64,000 nt of DNA, taken from assembly GCA_030390025.1 (NCBI GenBank), contig CM059432.1, positions 39,310,001 through 39,374,000 on the forward strand. Reading direction: 5' to 3'. This document shows, piece by piece, positions 37,500 through 51,010 of the stretch. The first letter of the stretch is position 1. Every line of letters begins with the position of its first letter. A model generated the notes under the pieces. The model worked only from the letters and a program-made list of their open reading frames with translations. It searched no databases and was not told the DNA's origin. Origin of the DNA: Squalus acanthias. Taxonomy: Eukaryota. Position numbers and translations under genes: made by a program.

Positions 37500-37872
37500 G
37501 GATTACATAGGACGTACGGCACAGAAACAGGTCATTCGGCCCAACCAGTCCATGCCGGCGTTTATGCTCCCTCGAACCTCCTCCCATCTTTCCTCATCTA
37601 AATCTATCGGCATAACCCTCTATTGCCTTTTCCCTCATATGCTTGTCTAGCCTCCCCTTAAATGCATCTATACTATTCGCTATGGGAACACCACCACCTC
37701 CAAGTTCCCCTCAAGTTACACAACATCCTGACTTGGAAGTATATCGCCGATCCTTCATCGTCACTGGGTCAAAATCCTGGAACTCCCTCCCTAACAGCAC
37801 TGTGGGAGTACCTTCACCACACAGACTGCTGTGGTTCAAGATGGCAGCTCACCACCACCTTCTCAAGGGCAA
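37500..37872. mobile_element. Short CR1-like 3' tail (-, ~37500-37680) abutting a family B LINE 3' piece (+, 37682-37872)
   Basis: CATTCGGCCCAACCAGTCCATG tail motif; GGGAACACCACCACC...AAAATCCTGGAACTCCCT matches 24580-24770. Confidence 0.75.
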
Positions 37873-38069
37873 CTATTCATGTCCTTTACTCCCCAGGTGA
37901 ACTCATGTCCTGTTTATACTTCTTTGGAGCCATGAGCTGGGTTGGCAGGGTGCTGCATTTTCTTTGGCGTAATACTTCAAATCATTCTAACGTTGTTAGT
38001 GTTTGTTAGACTATTTACATTAAAATGCTAGATGTCAATGACCATCTAAATATATTAGAAACTTTAATA

Positions 38070-41000
38070 TTTTAACCCAGCGATGATGAAGGAACAGCGA
38101 TATACTTCCAAGTCAGGATGGTGTGTGACTTGGAGGGGAACTTGGAGGTGATGGTGTTCCCATGCACCTGCTGCCCTTGTCTTTCTAGATGGAAGAGGTC
38201 GCGGGTTTGGGAGGTGCTGCCAAAGAAGCCTTGACGAGTTGCTGTAGTGCATCCTGTAGATGGTACACACTGCAGCCACGGTACGTCGGTGGTGGAGGGA
38301 GTGAATGTTTAAGGTGGTGGATGGGGTGCCAATCAAGCGGGCTGCTTTGTCTTGGATGGTGTCAAGCTTCTTGAGTGTTGTTGGAGCTGCACTCATCCAG
38401 GCAAGTGGAGAGTATTCCATCACACTGTTGACATGTGCCTTGTAGAAGGTGGAAAGGCTTTGGGGAGTCAGGAGGTGAGACACTCGCCGCAGAATACCCA
38501 GCCTCTGACCTGCTCTTGTTGCCACAGTTGAATGTCAAGGGGAGGTGGTTAGATGCTCGCTTGTTGGAGATAGACATTGCCTGGCATTTGTGTGGCGCGA
38601 ATGTTACCTTCCACTTATCAGCCCAAGCCTGAATGTTGTCCAGGTTTTGCTGCATGCAGGCATGGACTGCTTCATTATCTGAGGAGTTGCAAATGGCACT
38701 GAACACAGTGCAGTCATCAGCGAACATCCCCACTACTGAACTTATGATGGAGGGAAGGTCATTGATGAAGCAGCTGAAGATGTTTGGGCCTAGGACACTG
38801 CCCTGAGGAACAGCTGCAGCGATAGAAACATAGAACATAGAAAAATAGGAGCAGGAGTAGGCCATTCAGCCCTTCGAGCCTGTTCCGCCATTCAATATGA
38901 TCATGGCTGATCCTCTATCTCAATATCATATTCCCACTCTCTCCCCATACCCCTTGATGCCTTTTGTGTCTAGAAATCTATCTATCTCCTTCTTAAATAT
39001 ATTCAGTGACTTGGCCTCCACAGCCTTCTGTGGTAGAGAATTCCACAGGTTCACCACCCTCTGAGTGAAGAAATTTCTCCTCATCTCAGTCCTAAATGTC
39101 CTACCCCGTATCCTGAGTCTGTGACCCCCTCGTTCTAGACCCCCCAGCCAGGGGAAACATCCACCCTGCATCCAGTCTGTCTAGCCCTGTCAGAATTTTA
39201 TACGTTTCAATGAGATCCCCTCTCATTCTTCTAAACTCTAGTGAATACAGGCCTAGTCGACCCAATCTCTCCTCATACGATAGTCCTGCCATCCCAGGAA
39301 TCAGTCTGGTGAACCTTCGCTGCACTCCCTCTATGGCAAGTATATCCTTTCTTAGGTAAGGAAACCAAAACTGCACATAGTACTCCAGGTGTGGTCTCAC
39401 CAAGGCCCTGTATAACTGTGGTAAGATATCCTTGCTCCTGTACTCAAATCCTCTTGCAATGAATGCCAACATACCATTTGCCTTCCAAACTGCTTGCTGC
39501 ACCTGCATGTTTGCTTTCAGTGACTGGTGTACAAAGACACCCAGGTCCCTTTGTACATCAACATTTCCCAATCTATCACCATTTAAATAATACTCTGCCT
39601 TTCTGTTTTTCCTACCAAAGTGGATAACTTCACATTTATCCACGTTATACTGCATCTGCCATGAATTTGCCCACTCACTCAACTTGTCTAAATCGCCTTG
39701 AAGCCTCTTTGCATCCTCCTCACAACTCACAATCCCACCTAGTTTCGTGTCGTCAGCAAACTTGGAAATATTACATTTGGTTCCCTCATCAAAATCCTGA
39801 GGCTGTGATGATTGACCTCCAACCACCACAACCATCTTCCTTTGTTCTAGTTATGACTCCAGCCAGTGGAGAGTTTTCCCCTCAATTCCCATTGACTTCA
39901 GTTTTACTAGGTCTCCTTGATGCCACACTCGGTGAAATGCTGCCTTGATGTCAAGGGCAGTCACTCTCACCTCACCTCTGGAATTCAGCTCTTTTGTCCA
40001 TGTTTGGACCAAGGCTGTAATGAGGTCTGGAGCCGAGTGGTCCTGGCCATACCCAAACTGGGCATCAGTGAGCAGGTATTTGTAAGTAAGTGCTGCTTGA
40101 TAGCACTGTCGACAACACCTTCCATCACTTTGCTGATGATTGAGAGTAGACTGATGGGGTGGTAATTGGCCGGATTGGATTTGTCCTGCTTTTTGTGGAC
40201 AGGACATACATGGGCCGTTTTCCACATTGTCGGATAGATGCCAGTGTTGTAGCTGTACTTGAGAAGCTTGGCTAGAGGCATGGCTAGTTCTGGAGCACAA
40301 GTCTTCAGCACGACAGCCGGGATGTTGTCGGGGCCCATAGCCTTTGCTGTATCCAGTGTGCTCAGCCATTTCTTGATATCACATGGAGTGAATCGAATTG
40401 GCTGAAGACCGGCTTCTGTGGTGGTGGGGACCTCAGGAGGAGACCGATATGGATCATCCACTCGGCACTTCTGGCTGAAGATGGTTACAAACGCTTCAGC
40501 TTTGTCTTTTGCACTCACGTGCTGGGCTCCACCATCACTGAGGATGGAGATACACATGGAGCCTCCTCCTCCCGTTAGTTGTTTAATGGTCCACCACCAT
40601 TCACGACTCGATGTGGCAGGACTGCAGAGCTTTGATCTGATCTGTTGATTGTGGGATCTGTCTATAGCATGCTGCTTCTGCTTTTTAGCATGCATGTAGT
40701 CCTGTGTTGCAGCTTCCCCAGGTTGGCACTGCATTTTTAGGTACGCCTGGTGCTGCTCCTGGCATGCTCTTCTACACTCCCTATTGAACCAGTGTTGGTC
40801 CCCTGGCTTGATGGTAATGTTTGAGTGAGGGGTATGCCAGGCCATGAGGTTACAGATTGTGGTGGAATACAATTCTGCTGCTGCTGATGCCCCACAGTGC
40901 CTCATGGATACCCAGTTTTGAGCTACTAGATCTGTTCTGAATCTATCCCATTTAGCACGGTGGTAGTGCCACACAACACGATGGAGGGTGACCTCAGTGT

Positions 41001-41245
41001 GAAGACGGGACTTTGTCTCCACAATGACCGTGTGCGATGGTCACTGCTACCAATGCTGTCATGGACAGATGCATCTGCAACAGATAGATTCATGAGGACG
41101 AGGTACAGTAGGTTTTTCCCTCATGTTGGTTCTCTCATCACCTGCCGCAGGCCCAGACCCTCAGGACTCGGCCAGCTCAGTCAGTAGTGGTGCTACCAAG
41201 CCACTCTTGGTGATGGACATTGAAGTCCCCCATCCAAAGTACATT
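38070..41245 (-). mobile_element. Family B LINE (part of EN plus RT), interrupted by a CR1
   Basis: ORFs 39985-41022, 39851-40369, 38362-38865, 38064-38525: [20 protein letters not shown]; homologous to 23295-24834. Confidence 0.94.
38823..39795 (-). mobile_element. 5'-truncated CR1 nested in the family B LINE
   Basis: KFADDTKLGG to NFFTQRVV; (TTCTATG)n tail; host LINE rejoins across it (GCAGCGAT...CCTGAGGCTG). Confidence 0.95.
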
Positions 41246-41316
41246 TGCTCCTTGGTAAAAAGTATTTAGATGAGGTTTTACCCATACACCAACGTTTAAG
41301 CATTATTGCACTCATA

Positions 41317-42060
41317 GGGCTCGATTTTGCCAGGCCCGAGGAGGTGGGAATGGAGGCGTGTGGGGTGTTAAAATTGCAAAAAATGGCGGGCGGGCCCGAC
41401 CCCACCTCCAAGCAATTTTCCCAAATACGTGGTTTCTGATCCCGTCTCCGTCCTGCCTCCAAGAGGCGGGATAGGCCCTTAACAACCACTTAATAGCCTC
41501 TATAATCCCATTTTGAGAGGCCTTTCTGATTTTAAGACTTTTCCGACGTGATGCACGCCTCCTCTGAAACACGACGGTGAAACCTGGCAGTAGCACACTT
41601 GGATTGCTAACTATCAGCTGCAGGTCCACCATTAAGAAGGAGATTTGATCAATCATCATTCTGGGGGAACTTTTAGCAGTCATAAGCATTGTTGTGGAAG
41701 TTTGGAGCTTGGAGCTTGGAGCTTGGAGCCTGGAGGAGGAGTAGTGGTAGTGGTAGTGGTAAAAAATCTGGGAGCAAGCTTAGGTCTCCTGCTGCTTATT
41801 TTGCCTCCAGGTCCCTCTCACAGCAAAGGCCAAAAGCTTCCCAGTCTTTGCAGACCTTAAATGCAGCAGCAATGATGACATCATCAGAGGCGACTTTCAG
41901 ACTGAAAAAACTAATTGGGTCATAGGTTTCCACATGCTGGAACTCAATTGCCCAATTAGGGGAAAATCACATAATTCTCCCACATCCAATTGGAGTCAGG
42001 TGGCTAACACAAAAAGCTGATGACACGACCCCAGCCCGCCCCAATGACAAAATCGAGCCC
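41317..42060. mobile_element. Harbinger-type MITE (second family), copy 2
   Basis: TIR GGGCTCGATTTT/AAAATCGAGCCC; interior homologous to 27563-28239. Confidence 0.9.
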
Positions 42061-42129
42061 TATTATAAAGTCTAACATGGGAGAAATAATTTTCTACTCC
42101 ACATTAGTGAGACCGACAGCAGTACACAA

Positions 42130-42455
42130 TACTAAATATTGGAAAGACCGAAGCCATTGTCTTCGATCCTCACCACAAACTCCGCTCCCTAGCCACTGAC
42201 TCCATCCCTCTCCCTGGCAACTGTCTGAGGCTGAACCAGACTGTTCGCAACCTTAGTGTCGTATTTGACCCCGAAATGAGCTTCTGACCACATATCCGCG
42301 CCATCACTAAAACTGCCGATTTCCACCTCCGGAACATCACCCGACTCCACCCCTGCCTCAGCTCATCTGCTGCTGAAACCCTCATCCATACCTTTGTTAT
42401 CTCTACACTTTACTATTCCAATGCACTCCTGGTCGGCCTCCCATGTTCTACTCTT
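42130..42455 (+). mobile_element. L2-clade LINE RT fragment
   Basis: Manual translation LNIGKTEAIVF...VRNLSVVFD.EMSF*PHIRAITKTA.FHLRNI.RL.P.LS..AAETLIH.FV, typical of L2. Confidence 0.85.
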
Positions 42456-42815
42456 CATAGCTTCCACTCCTTTGTATTCCACCCCCCTTCAGATAAAGGC
42501 CAACAGTCTAATAGCCTTTTAACTTATTTTTTGCACCTGTTCACTAGCTTTTAGTGATTTCTGTACATGGACCCCTAAATCTCTCTGCTCCTCCACAGTT
42601 CCTAGCTTCTCACCATTTAGAAAATACTCTGATCTATCTTTCTTGGGTCCAATGTGGATGACCTCGCACTTCCCCACATTGAACTCATCTGCCACAGTTT
42701 TGCCCACTCACATAATCTATCAATGTTTTTCTGCAACTTTCTGCTCCCATCTACACTATTTACTGTGCCACCTAACTTGGTGTCATCAGCAAAGTTGGAT
42801 AAATGGCTCTCTGTT
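42456..42815 (-). mobile_element. CR1 RT fragment
   Basis: FNVGKCEVIH, QRDLGVHV, AFI*RGVEYKGVE on the reverse strand. Confidence 0.88.
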
Positions 42816-44154
42816 CTCTCTATACATTTACTGCCATTACATTAACACTGCATAATTCAAACTATGGTATCATAACTTACCACTGGCACAATGTTAAGAC
42901 ATTGGTTTGAATTATTCACATTTATTGCTGCTATGAGTGGAAATCAAACATTTGGCCTATGGAAATTTTACATTTTGCAATGCTGGTGGTGGTAAAAGAG
43001 GTAAAGTAGCGACAAAAGGAAAGTCACACAGCAGACCACACTTTAGTGAACTGTCTGTACTTGTAAAACACTACATCAGATTCAAACATTGTTTGGCTCT
43101 CAGGCCTCATTATCAACAACAGAAGGCCTTCAAGAGGCCTGGAACCACAGCTTTTGAAAGGGATAAGAAGTGTGGAAGACTGCAGAAAGCAAATCAACAA
43201 CGTATAATTTGTGCTCAAGAGTACAATAGCACACAGTAAAAACGCGCTGCAGGGGACAAATCCAGCCACGTGGTTTTTAAGAGATATTTGATTAGCCAGA
43301 GCAAATGACAGCAAACACTGACAGTCTACTAAGCAAAGAGGCCACCACATCTTTAAAATCTTCTCAATCTGTTCAGAGTTAGTTGGATAAATTTTTTTGC
43401 TGTTTTTAAATTGACTCATAAATGACTCATAAATAAAAAATAATGTTCATGAATTCTTCTTTACTACTGTTGGTCTGCTTGCCAGTAATATTTAGTGAAG
43501 TCTTGGAAAATTCATGTGGAATGGCCTATGACACTATTCATCTGCTGTGCTTGAATTAAATAAATTAAGAATTGACTCTTTGCCTTCTGGAACTGTCTTA
43601 TTGTAAACACACACTTCATGAATAGTCCTAAGTCAATGAATATTCTTTCATGTCTCCACAGACAATTCCGCCACAAGGCTGATGCAGAAGATTGAATTTT
43701 CTATGTCCATTATGTTTTATATTGTCATTCGACTAAATATTTTAAATAGATTTTCTGTCCATAGATTATGGGGAAATCTAGCTCTTATGATGTCTTCTTT
43801 TCTTCTTCATGACAATTTTTTACCCTCATTTTATATATAGAATTGATGCGAGCAGCTTGTTGTCTATTAACTTCAATAGTCCAACTAACACAGTATCTAG
43901 AATCCTCTTTCATATGTGTCACTCCTTTATCCTGTGGGTTCTGTCATTAAAATACATGCTTGGAGGATAGTTTGACCCATACCCATTGCAAATGTTTGCA
44001 ACTGAAAAGTTGTACTGAGTGTTTTATTTGGAACAATCCACTTATTTAACGTGATGCAAATAGGTTCATTATGCATCTTGGAACAAGCAGAAATATTGGA
44101 GAAAATCAGGCATATTGTTCCATGACACCTCATAACACATCAATAAGGTTATTT

Positions 44155-45830
44155 TGCATAGAATTACATGGAAATTACAACACAGAAACAGGCCGTTCAG
44201 CCCAACCAGTCCGTGTTGGTGTTCATCTGTCACCTGAGCTGTTGTCCTAATCCCATGTGCCTGCCATGTTCCCATATCCCTTTATTCCCTTTTCCTTCAA
44301 CCACTTATCTAGCCTATTCTTAAGTGTTGACGTGGTTTCTGTTCCAATCACTAAATCCACAGTACATTCTACAGCCTCACAACAATCTGTGCAAAAAATG
44401 TTTCTCCTGTTCTTTGTCCTAAATCTCTTACATTTAACCTTGTATCTGTGTTTCCTTATCTAGACCCCTCAGTGACTTAAAGCAGTCTGAGGGCGAATTT
44501 TCACATGGGTTCTCTGGCTTGCAAATTGTAACTTTGATGGATGTTTATGCTGTTTTTCCGGGGTTTCCGTAACCTTTCTGCTGAAGTTACAGCAGACAAA
44601 CAGGAGAACCCCCATGGAAGTTCATCCCTTGTGTTTCGACTCTGTCCCACCCCGTCATAATTTTAAACATCTCTATCACGTCACCCCTAATCTCCTCTGT
44701 TCGAACGATAATAGCTCCAATTTTTCAAGTCTTTCTTCATATTTGTAATTCCTCATACCAGGCAGCAGCCGAGTGAATCTGTGCTGTACCCTTTCTATTG
44801 CCTCAACATCCTTCCAAAAATGAGGAACTCAAACTGCACACAGTACTCCTCCAACTGTGGTTTGACTAAGCTTTTACGTAGATTCACCATTACATCTCGA
44901 CTTTTAAATTCTATATCACTTGCTATAAAAACCAGTGTTCTTTTATCCACTTCAGATGCTACTTTTAAGGGGAAAAATTCGTTACTGACCATTTTGGGTC
45001 GCTAACATCGCCTGGGCGCTATTTAACGCCCAGCGAAAAATAGCGCCGGCGATCGCTAAATTCAGTTTCAGCGCCCCAAGAGGTAGGTGGAGCGCTAATT
45101 CAAGCGCTCCACTTCCTTCTTAGAGCGCTAACCCCGAATATCGGGGCGGTGCGTTCTGCAGCTCTACGCACTGGGCCACGTAGCGCTGCCGCATGGAAGG
45201 GCTCCTCCCCTCATTAAAAGGGAGGGCCCAAGCCCACAACTCTGTGGGGCCCTACCTGGACCACCAGGGAGCGGGCTGCCAGATCGCGGCACGGACCCCG
45301 CATTGAAAGACGCAACGGGCTGCAACAAGTAAGTCGGTCGTTTTTTTTCCCCCCCGCCCGCCACCTCCCCTTTACTTACCGCCCCGCGAGCCTCCTGCTG
45401 CTCCATTCTCACCCCTTGAATCGGTCGCTGTCATCGCCCGGCGCAGATTCAGGGGGCACGGGCCAATTTTGCAGGTGGGGTGAAAACGGGGTGCTGCACG
45501 CGGTGATGACATTGTAATCACCTGTGCAGCGGCGCGGGGTGTTACTGGTTACCGCTAAACTCCCGCTGAATTTAGCAGAAGTCGTTAGCGGCACTGCGCC
45601 AGGACGAAAAGTCAGTTGTGTCCTGTTAGCGCCCCCCGGAGGCGCTAACGAGAGGCGCAAATGCACCGAATCTCTCGCACTTTATGTCTTGTGAACCTGA
45701 CTCCCAAAATTTCACTGATCTTCTACATCACTCAGCTTTCCCCCATTTAAAGTATAATTATTCCTTTTATTTGTTTTACCAAAATGTACCACTTCAAACT
45801 TAATGACATTGAACTCCATGTGACACTTTT
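44155..45830 (-). mobile_element. Degraded CR1 3' fragment carrying MITEs at ~44490-44630 and 44969-45680
   Basis: CR1 tail and KSLVKPQLEEYCVQ; the CR1 sequence resumes after each insert. Confidence 0.8.
44969..45680. mobile_element. CpG-rich Harbinger-type MITE related to 21309 and 51776
   Basis: Starts GGGGAAAAATTCG; decayed right TIR; TAGCGC motifs; end GGCGCTAACG...GGCGCAAA shared with 23250 and 52441. Confidence 0.85.
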
Positions 45831-47441
45831 GTGACACCATGTGGAATGCCTAAAAAAGAGCCCCATGAATTTAGCAGTGTGATCAATGCCTGTGCAAATT
45901 GGGCGCAGGCCGTCCCACTGCTAAATTAGTGTGCTTATCAGCCGTTTTATGCCCAAAGACTGGGTGCAACGTCTACCAATTTCTACCTTATTGGGTCCAA
46001 ATTCAAATACCCATTCATTCCCATAGGTTAGTGCAGCTAAGTTAATAACTCTATTGTGTTAGATATGAACTGATGCATATAAATGAATTTCTCAGTATCC
46101 TGTGGTGTCCTATTGCAATAAAAAGTTCTCCCTAAAGAGAAAATGAATATTAATGTTCCATAAGATTGTTCAGAAAATATAATACTATTGAATTTAGATA
46201 AGTCTGGAACAGATAAAACATAGCATGTCGAGCAAGGTGTAACTGCTACAGTCAGAGCTGAGGCCTCTTTGCTCATGGTCGCTCAGAGCCTAAGTGAAGT
46301 AGAAGCCATAATCAGAGCAGAATATTGTGATTTTTTTAATTTAAAAAATGTTCTCAGTTATAAATACTTTGGAACTGGGTTTAACAGAAGGGGATGATAG
46401 TTTCCTCTCTCTTGAGTATCTCTAATCAACCCTGAGTGCAGTTGGTTCAAACATTCTCAGTGCAGTTCCCAGCAGACACTAGTTCATAGCACAAGACTGA
46501 CCTCAGATTCAACACCAATTGGCACACAGTTAGCAATCTTTGAGAAAGCCCCTAAGGATACAAGATATTATAGAAGATCATTATATGTTACTGAGTGGCC
46601 TTTGGTGTGAAGGTACATTGTTAAGACAATATAATGAGTCACGTATTGAGTCGGATTTATACCACACTTGAGGTGGGAATGTCTGACATTATTACTCATT
46701 CCAAAATAGAAAAAGCTTCCCATTCCAAAGCATTGTCATCGGTCTTTGATGGAATGCAAATCCTCCCACCTATATGCAATTTCTTCCAAGTGAACATACC
46801 ACATGGGACACTGTGCATAGCTTGGTAATTATGTGTATTAAACAGAAGCACATGTAAGGTTCATGTTCGGGAAAAAAAAACATCTGTTTAATTTTGTAAC
46901 AGAAATATTGTGCAGGTTGGTCAGGCGCCATTTCCTTCCTCCACAATCAGAAAGTTTGTGTGTGCATGAGTGAGCGAAAATCAGACGTTAGGACAATGCA
47001 ATACCTTATTTTTAGCACTAAAGGTAGATCAAAGAAGTCAGGGCTTTCATATTTGCCATTATTTGCCCTCAGGGCATCATTATATTAAAAATACTGGTCT
47101 CATGCGAGTGTAGAGTTCCACTCACCAGCACTTAAATGTCATTTAGATTTTAAAGGAGAGCTGACTGTCCCATCTCTCTTCTAACATTAAAAAATGTAAG
47201 AATTAAATTTTAAACATTCCTAGGTTAGTGCAAAGCCCAACAGGGTGACATTACTTCTTAGAAGTGGCCGTGCACCTCCTCTCTCAGGTTGACTTTGCAC
47301 CCAAATTATACTACAGTATATGTTTTGAAGCAAAAAACAATTGTGCAGAATAAGTGGTCTATTGAAATACCCAGAAACAATTCTCAAGTATTTAGAAGAA
47401 CAGACAGATATATATGCCTTATATTACTGAAAAAGAAGTAC

Positions 47442-48095
47442 GGGGCAGATTTTAACTCCAGGGGAAACTGCTCCGGAAAATTGATTTTCGCCCAGCAGAG
47501 GCAGCAGGAGGCCACGATGATTTTAACCGCCAGGCCTCATTTGACTGCTGCCAGTCCACTTCCTGCCCTGAACGAGTGTGAAGAGGGCACAGAGTGATCG
47601 GGTGGCCCTTGGCAGTCTGCCAGTTTCCAGGTAACTGTCGGGGAGAGGATTTCAGGACGGTCTCATATGAGGGAAGGTGTGCGGTGGGGTGGGGAGGTTG
47701 GGTGGTGGTGGTGAGCAAGGGAGGTTGTGACTTTCCTTGTGGGGCCTGGAGAAACACTTCTGCTCTTCCTGGCCCTAGAAAGGAAATTTTTAGACTTACC
47801 TGATGGGCCTCTTCAGCTGCAGACTTGCTTTTGCCAAGCAGGAAGGCGGCCTCCCCACTAAGGCCCTAGTTAAAATTGCATCCGGGTCCTATTGAAGTAA
47901 TTTGGAAAAATTGAAGTAAGATTTGCATAAATTTATGAGGCTCCCACCTGCTTTAGGCAAGAGCATCATTCCCCTGCAAAATCCTACAGGTTAATATCGG
48001 AAATGATCGGAATCTGAGTGAGTAAGTAACCTGCCTGTGTTTAACTGCCCACCTTTCTCGATTCCCATCGGGCGTGTAGGATTCAGATGAGCCCC
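47442..48095. mobile_element. MITE-like element
   Basis: GGGGCAGATTTTAAC start, ...GAGCCCC end; GC-rich island in AT-rich DNA. Confidence 0.6.
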
Positions 48096-48579
48096 TATTA
48101 TAACTTCAAACTTCAACATATGGTGCGCGCAATGCCAATGACAACATTTGCATTCCTCACTTGTGCAGTTGCAGTTTTCCCTCGTGCAGCAAGAACTCAC
48201 CCATGTATAATTATTATTAAAAGTCATCATCATAAACATGTCCAGTTTGGATGTCTGCTGCAGATTAAATAAGATTCTTGTACTTTGTTCTACTTTGTCA
48301 CTACGTAAACTTAAAAATTTAGACATTTGTAAAGTATTTTGTTCAGAATTGATTCTTTTCATTTTATAGGCTAGAGGAAGCAATTTTGAAAATCAAACCT
48401 TTTGGGCACAAGGTAGGAAAGCTTTAAACATGTAGAACGGCAAACAAGACTCTAGAGCTAATACCCAAACCTTCCAATTGGATGTTAATGAATGAAAACA
48501 ACTTTTACTACTTGAGAAAGAGAACAAGAGCCTGAGCTGGGAATGTTTCCAGAAAGGTTTACTATTAAATCATTCATAT

Positions 48580-48892
48580 ATCGTCCTATTACCATCGCCT
48601 TTTGCCTTGCACCATCAATTCTTTTGTCATTATATCAGTCCTGTCCTCTACCGTATCACAGGCTTTCCCTTTTGTTCTGTACCCCACCCTTTCCCCCAAC
48701 CCACTTTTTCCCAGCCCTGTTCTTGGTTATAAGCTGTTAAATCTTTAACTTCTTCCAGTTCTAATGAAAGGTCATCGGCTTGAAACGTTAACTCTGTTTC
48801 TCTCTTCACAGATGCTGCCTGACCTGCTGAGTGTTTCCAACATTTTCTGTTTTTATTTCAGATTTCCAGCATCCGCAGTATTTTGCTTTTGT
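48580..48892 (+). mobile_element. Penelope-like 3' tail with degenerate hammerhead
   Basis: CTAATGAAAGGTCATCGGCTTGAAACGTTAAC followed by the same tail as 13820-13917. Confidence 0.8.
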
Positions 48893-49469
48893 AACTCATT
48901 CATGCCTAACTTCATGTAGACATTGCAAAGAATATATCAGAAAAACATATAATAGCTAGAAATGTCAGAAAAATCCAGAATTTCTCATAGAGCAAAAGTT
49001 CAGCCGTTGTTTGGTTTGTCCAACACAATCCAACATTAATCAGCCTGGTTTTCTGGCTTTATTCCAAATTCATCTAACTGCAAATCCCAGTGTATACAAA
49101 TACATACTCAATCAAAGCATGACTTTTATCATTAATTCCCTTTTAAAAATCAGTTACATTAAATGATGTCCTTCAGATTTTTCATTTCAGTTGAATATCT
49201 TGAATATATTTGTTTGATCAGTGGGTACTGATGACATCATTGATGGGACCAGCTGACAAGAGATTCTGACCCTGACAATATGATGGAACTGAATTAGTAT
49301 ATAGTTGAAATGGTATCATTCCTGCTGTGCTGCCATGTAATTACTCTGCTAATGTTCATTCCACTCCTTCACACTGTCTTGCTCAGTAACTCCTACTCAT
49401 CAGTTTGTCAGACTGTTTCAATAAAACGTTGAGAAAATAGAAGTAAACAAAATGATCTGTTTGTTAGTA

Positions 49470-49800
49470 ATGGCACGATGCAGTGTGCAACTAAGCCATA
49501 AAGATTGGTCAAGTCCCAGGTTCAATCTCCTGTCTGTGTTGATCATAATCTAGAGCAGTAGTCGGGGCACTACAACTGGTCTCAGCACCCCTGTATTAAG
49601 CAGAGGAATAATCAGCCAGTACCCCACGTTTGAAAGTGCATGTGTGCAGACAATGGGTCAGGATACATTTGGGTGTGATATTCCCCACAGTAAATTAGCC
49701 TGCTGGCACTAACTGTCTAAGGTCACAAATGGAAAAGGCCCACTTGAATGAGGCACTGGAAGGGGCCTATCATGTGTGAAAAGCTTCAAGGAAGGAGGAG
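49470..49800 (+). mobile_element. Degraded tRNA-derived SINE
   Basis: B-box-like GGTTCAATCTCC; body homologous to the inverted copy at 55870-56110. Confidence 0.65.
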
Positions 49801-50552
49801 AGAAATTCAAGGGGAAAGGGGCCATATAGTATGATTTTGATGAAGCATCTTGATGGTAATACACAATGCTAACAGTGGATTACTTAAAGTTTAAGTTTGA
49901 TTAGCAGTGTTTGTTATTGTAAGCAATGTGTTTATACAAAAAAGATGAATTGTGTGGAGGTCAAAAGATATACTCCATTCATCAAAAAGCATTAGCTGTT
50001 ATCTAATTACATGATCTAGAACTTACAGTCGACTTTTAACCTGTTTAGCTAACATGGTGATCACTCAATGTTTGTCGAGTACTTAGCAGTACAAGTCAGC
50101 ACTACTGTTTTTGCACTTTGACCCACTAGGCACCACTGTTGTGAGAAAGATAGTGATGCAATCGTTTTAAAGTTTCCTATGCATCTTAATCATATGTTTT
50201 GCCAGTTGGTTCTGTGTATGATGAAAGACCATTTAAAACCCCATAAATTTTGGTCAAATATTTGGTGCATTGTAATGAGAAAACAACATGAAGATATTGC
50301 AGGTTTTCTTGTTGTGGTTTCATAAAAAGATGGAACTCAATAAACTCAGCCATATTTCCAGGAAAATTCGGTCCGATGATTTTTGTTATTATTCCTGCGG
50401 TAGTTTAGATCTTTCCACGTAAAAGGAAATGCGTGCTAACGCCGTCTTATTTTTAAAAGTTCTTTTCAGTTTAGCAATTCTGCTCTTCAATGTACTAAGC
50501 CTTTGAAGACTACATTTTACATGAATCATTACAACTTTTAATTTCTCACAGG

Positions 50553-51010
50553 TAAAAGAAAAAAAGACTTGCATTTCTATAGCGCCTTTCACAGCCGCGG
50601 GACGTCCCAAAGCGCTTTACAGCCAATGAAGCACTTTTGAAGTGCAGTCACTGTTGTAATGTAGGAAACGCAGCAGCCAATTTGTGCACAGCAAGCTCCC
50701 ACAAACAGCCATGTAATAATGACCAGATAATCTGTTTTTTAGTGATGTTGATTTAGGGAGAAATATTGGCTAGGACACCAGGGAGAACTCCCCCGCTCTT
50801 CTTCAAAATAGTACCATAGGATCTTTTACGTTCACCTGAGAGAGCAAATGGGGTTTCGGTTTAACGTCTCATCTGAAAGACGGCACCTCCGATAGTACAG
50901 CACTCCCTCAGCACTGCACTGGAGTGTCAGCCTAGCTTTTTGTGCTCAAGTCTCTGGAGTGGGACTTGAAGCCACAACCTTTTGACTGAGAGGCGAGGGT
51001 GCTGCCCATG
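50553..51010 (-). mobile_element. Deu-domain SINE (SacSINE1-like)
   Basis: Reverse strand: tRNA-like head with GTGGCTTCAAGTCCCAC, central domain, L2-type tail AGGCGCTATAGAAATGCAAGTC plus T-rich end; family name recalled, not searched. Confidence 0.85.

Noticed and set aside
46223..46400. ~55-codon open stretch (HVEQGVTATVRAEASLL...) as a host exon
   Set aside because: Weak splice acceptor, no clear donor, no recognisable protein similarity.
49500..51010. tRNA genes suggested by B-box motifs
   Set aside because: These are SINE heads continuous with SINE bodies; no full cloverleaf.
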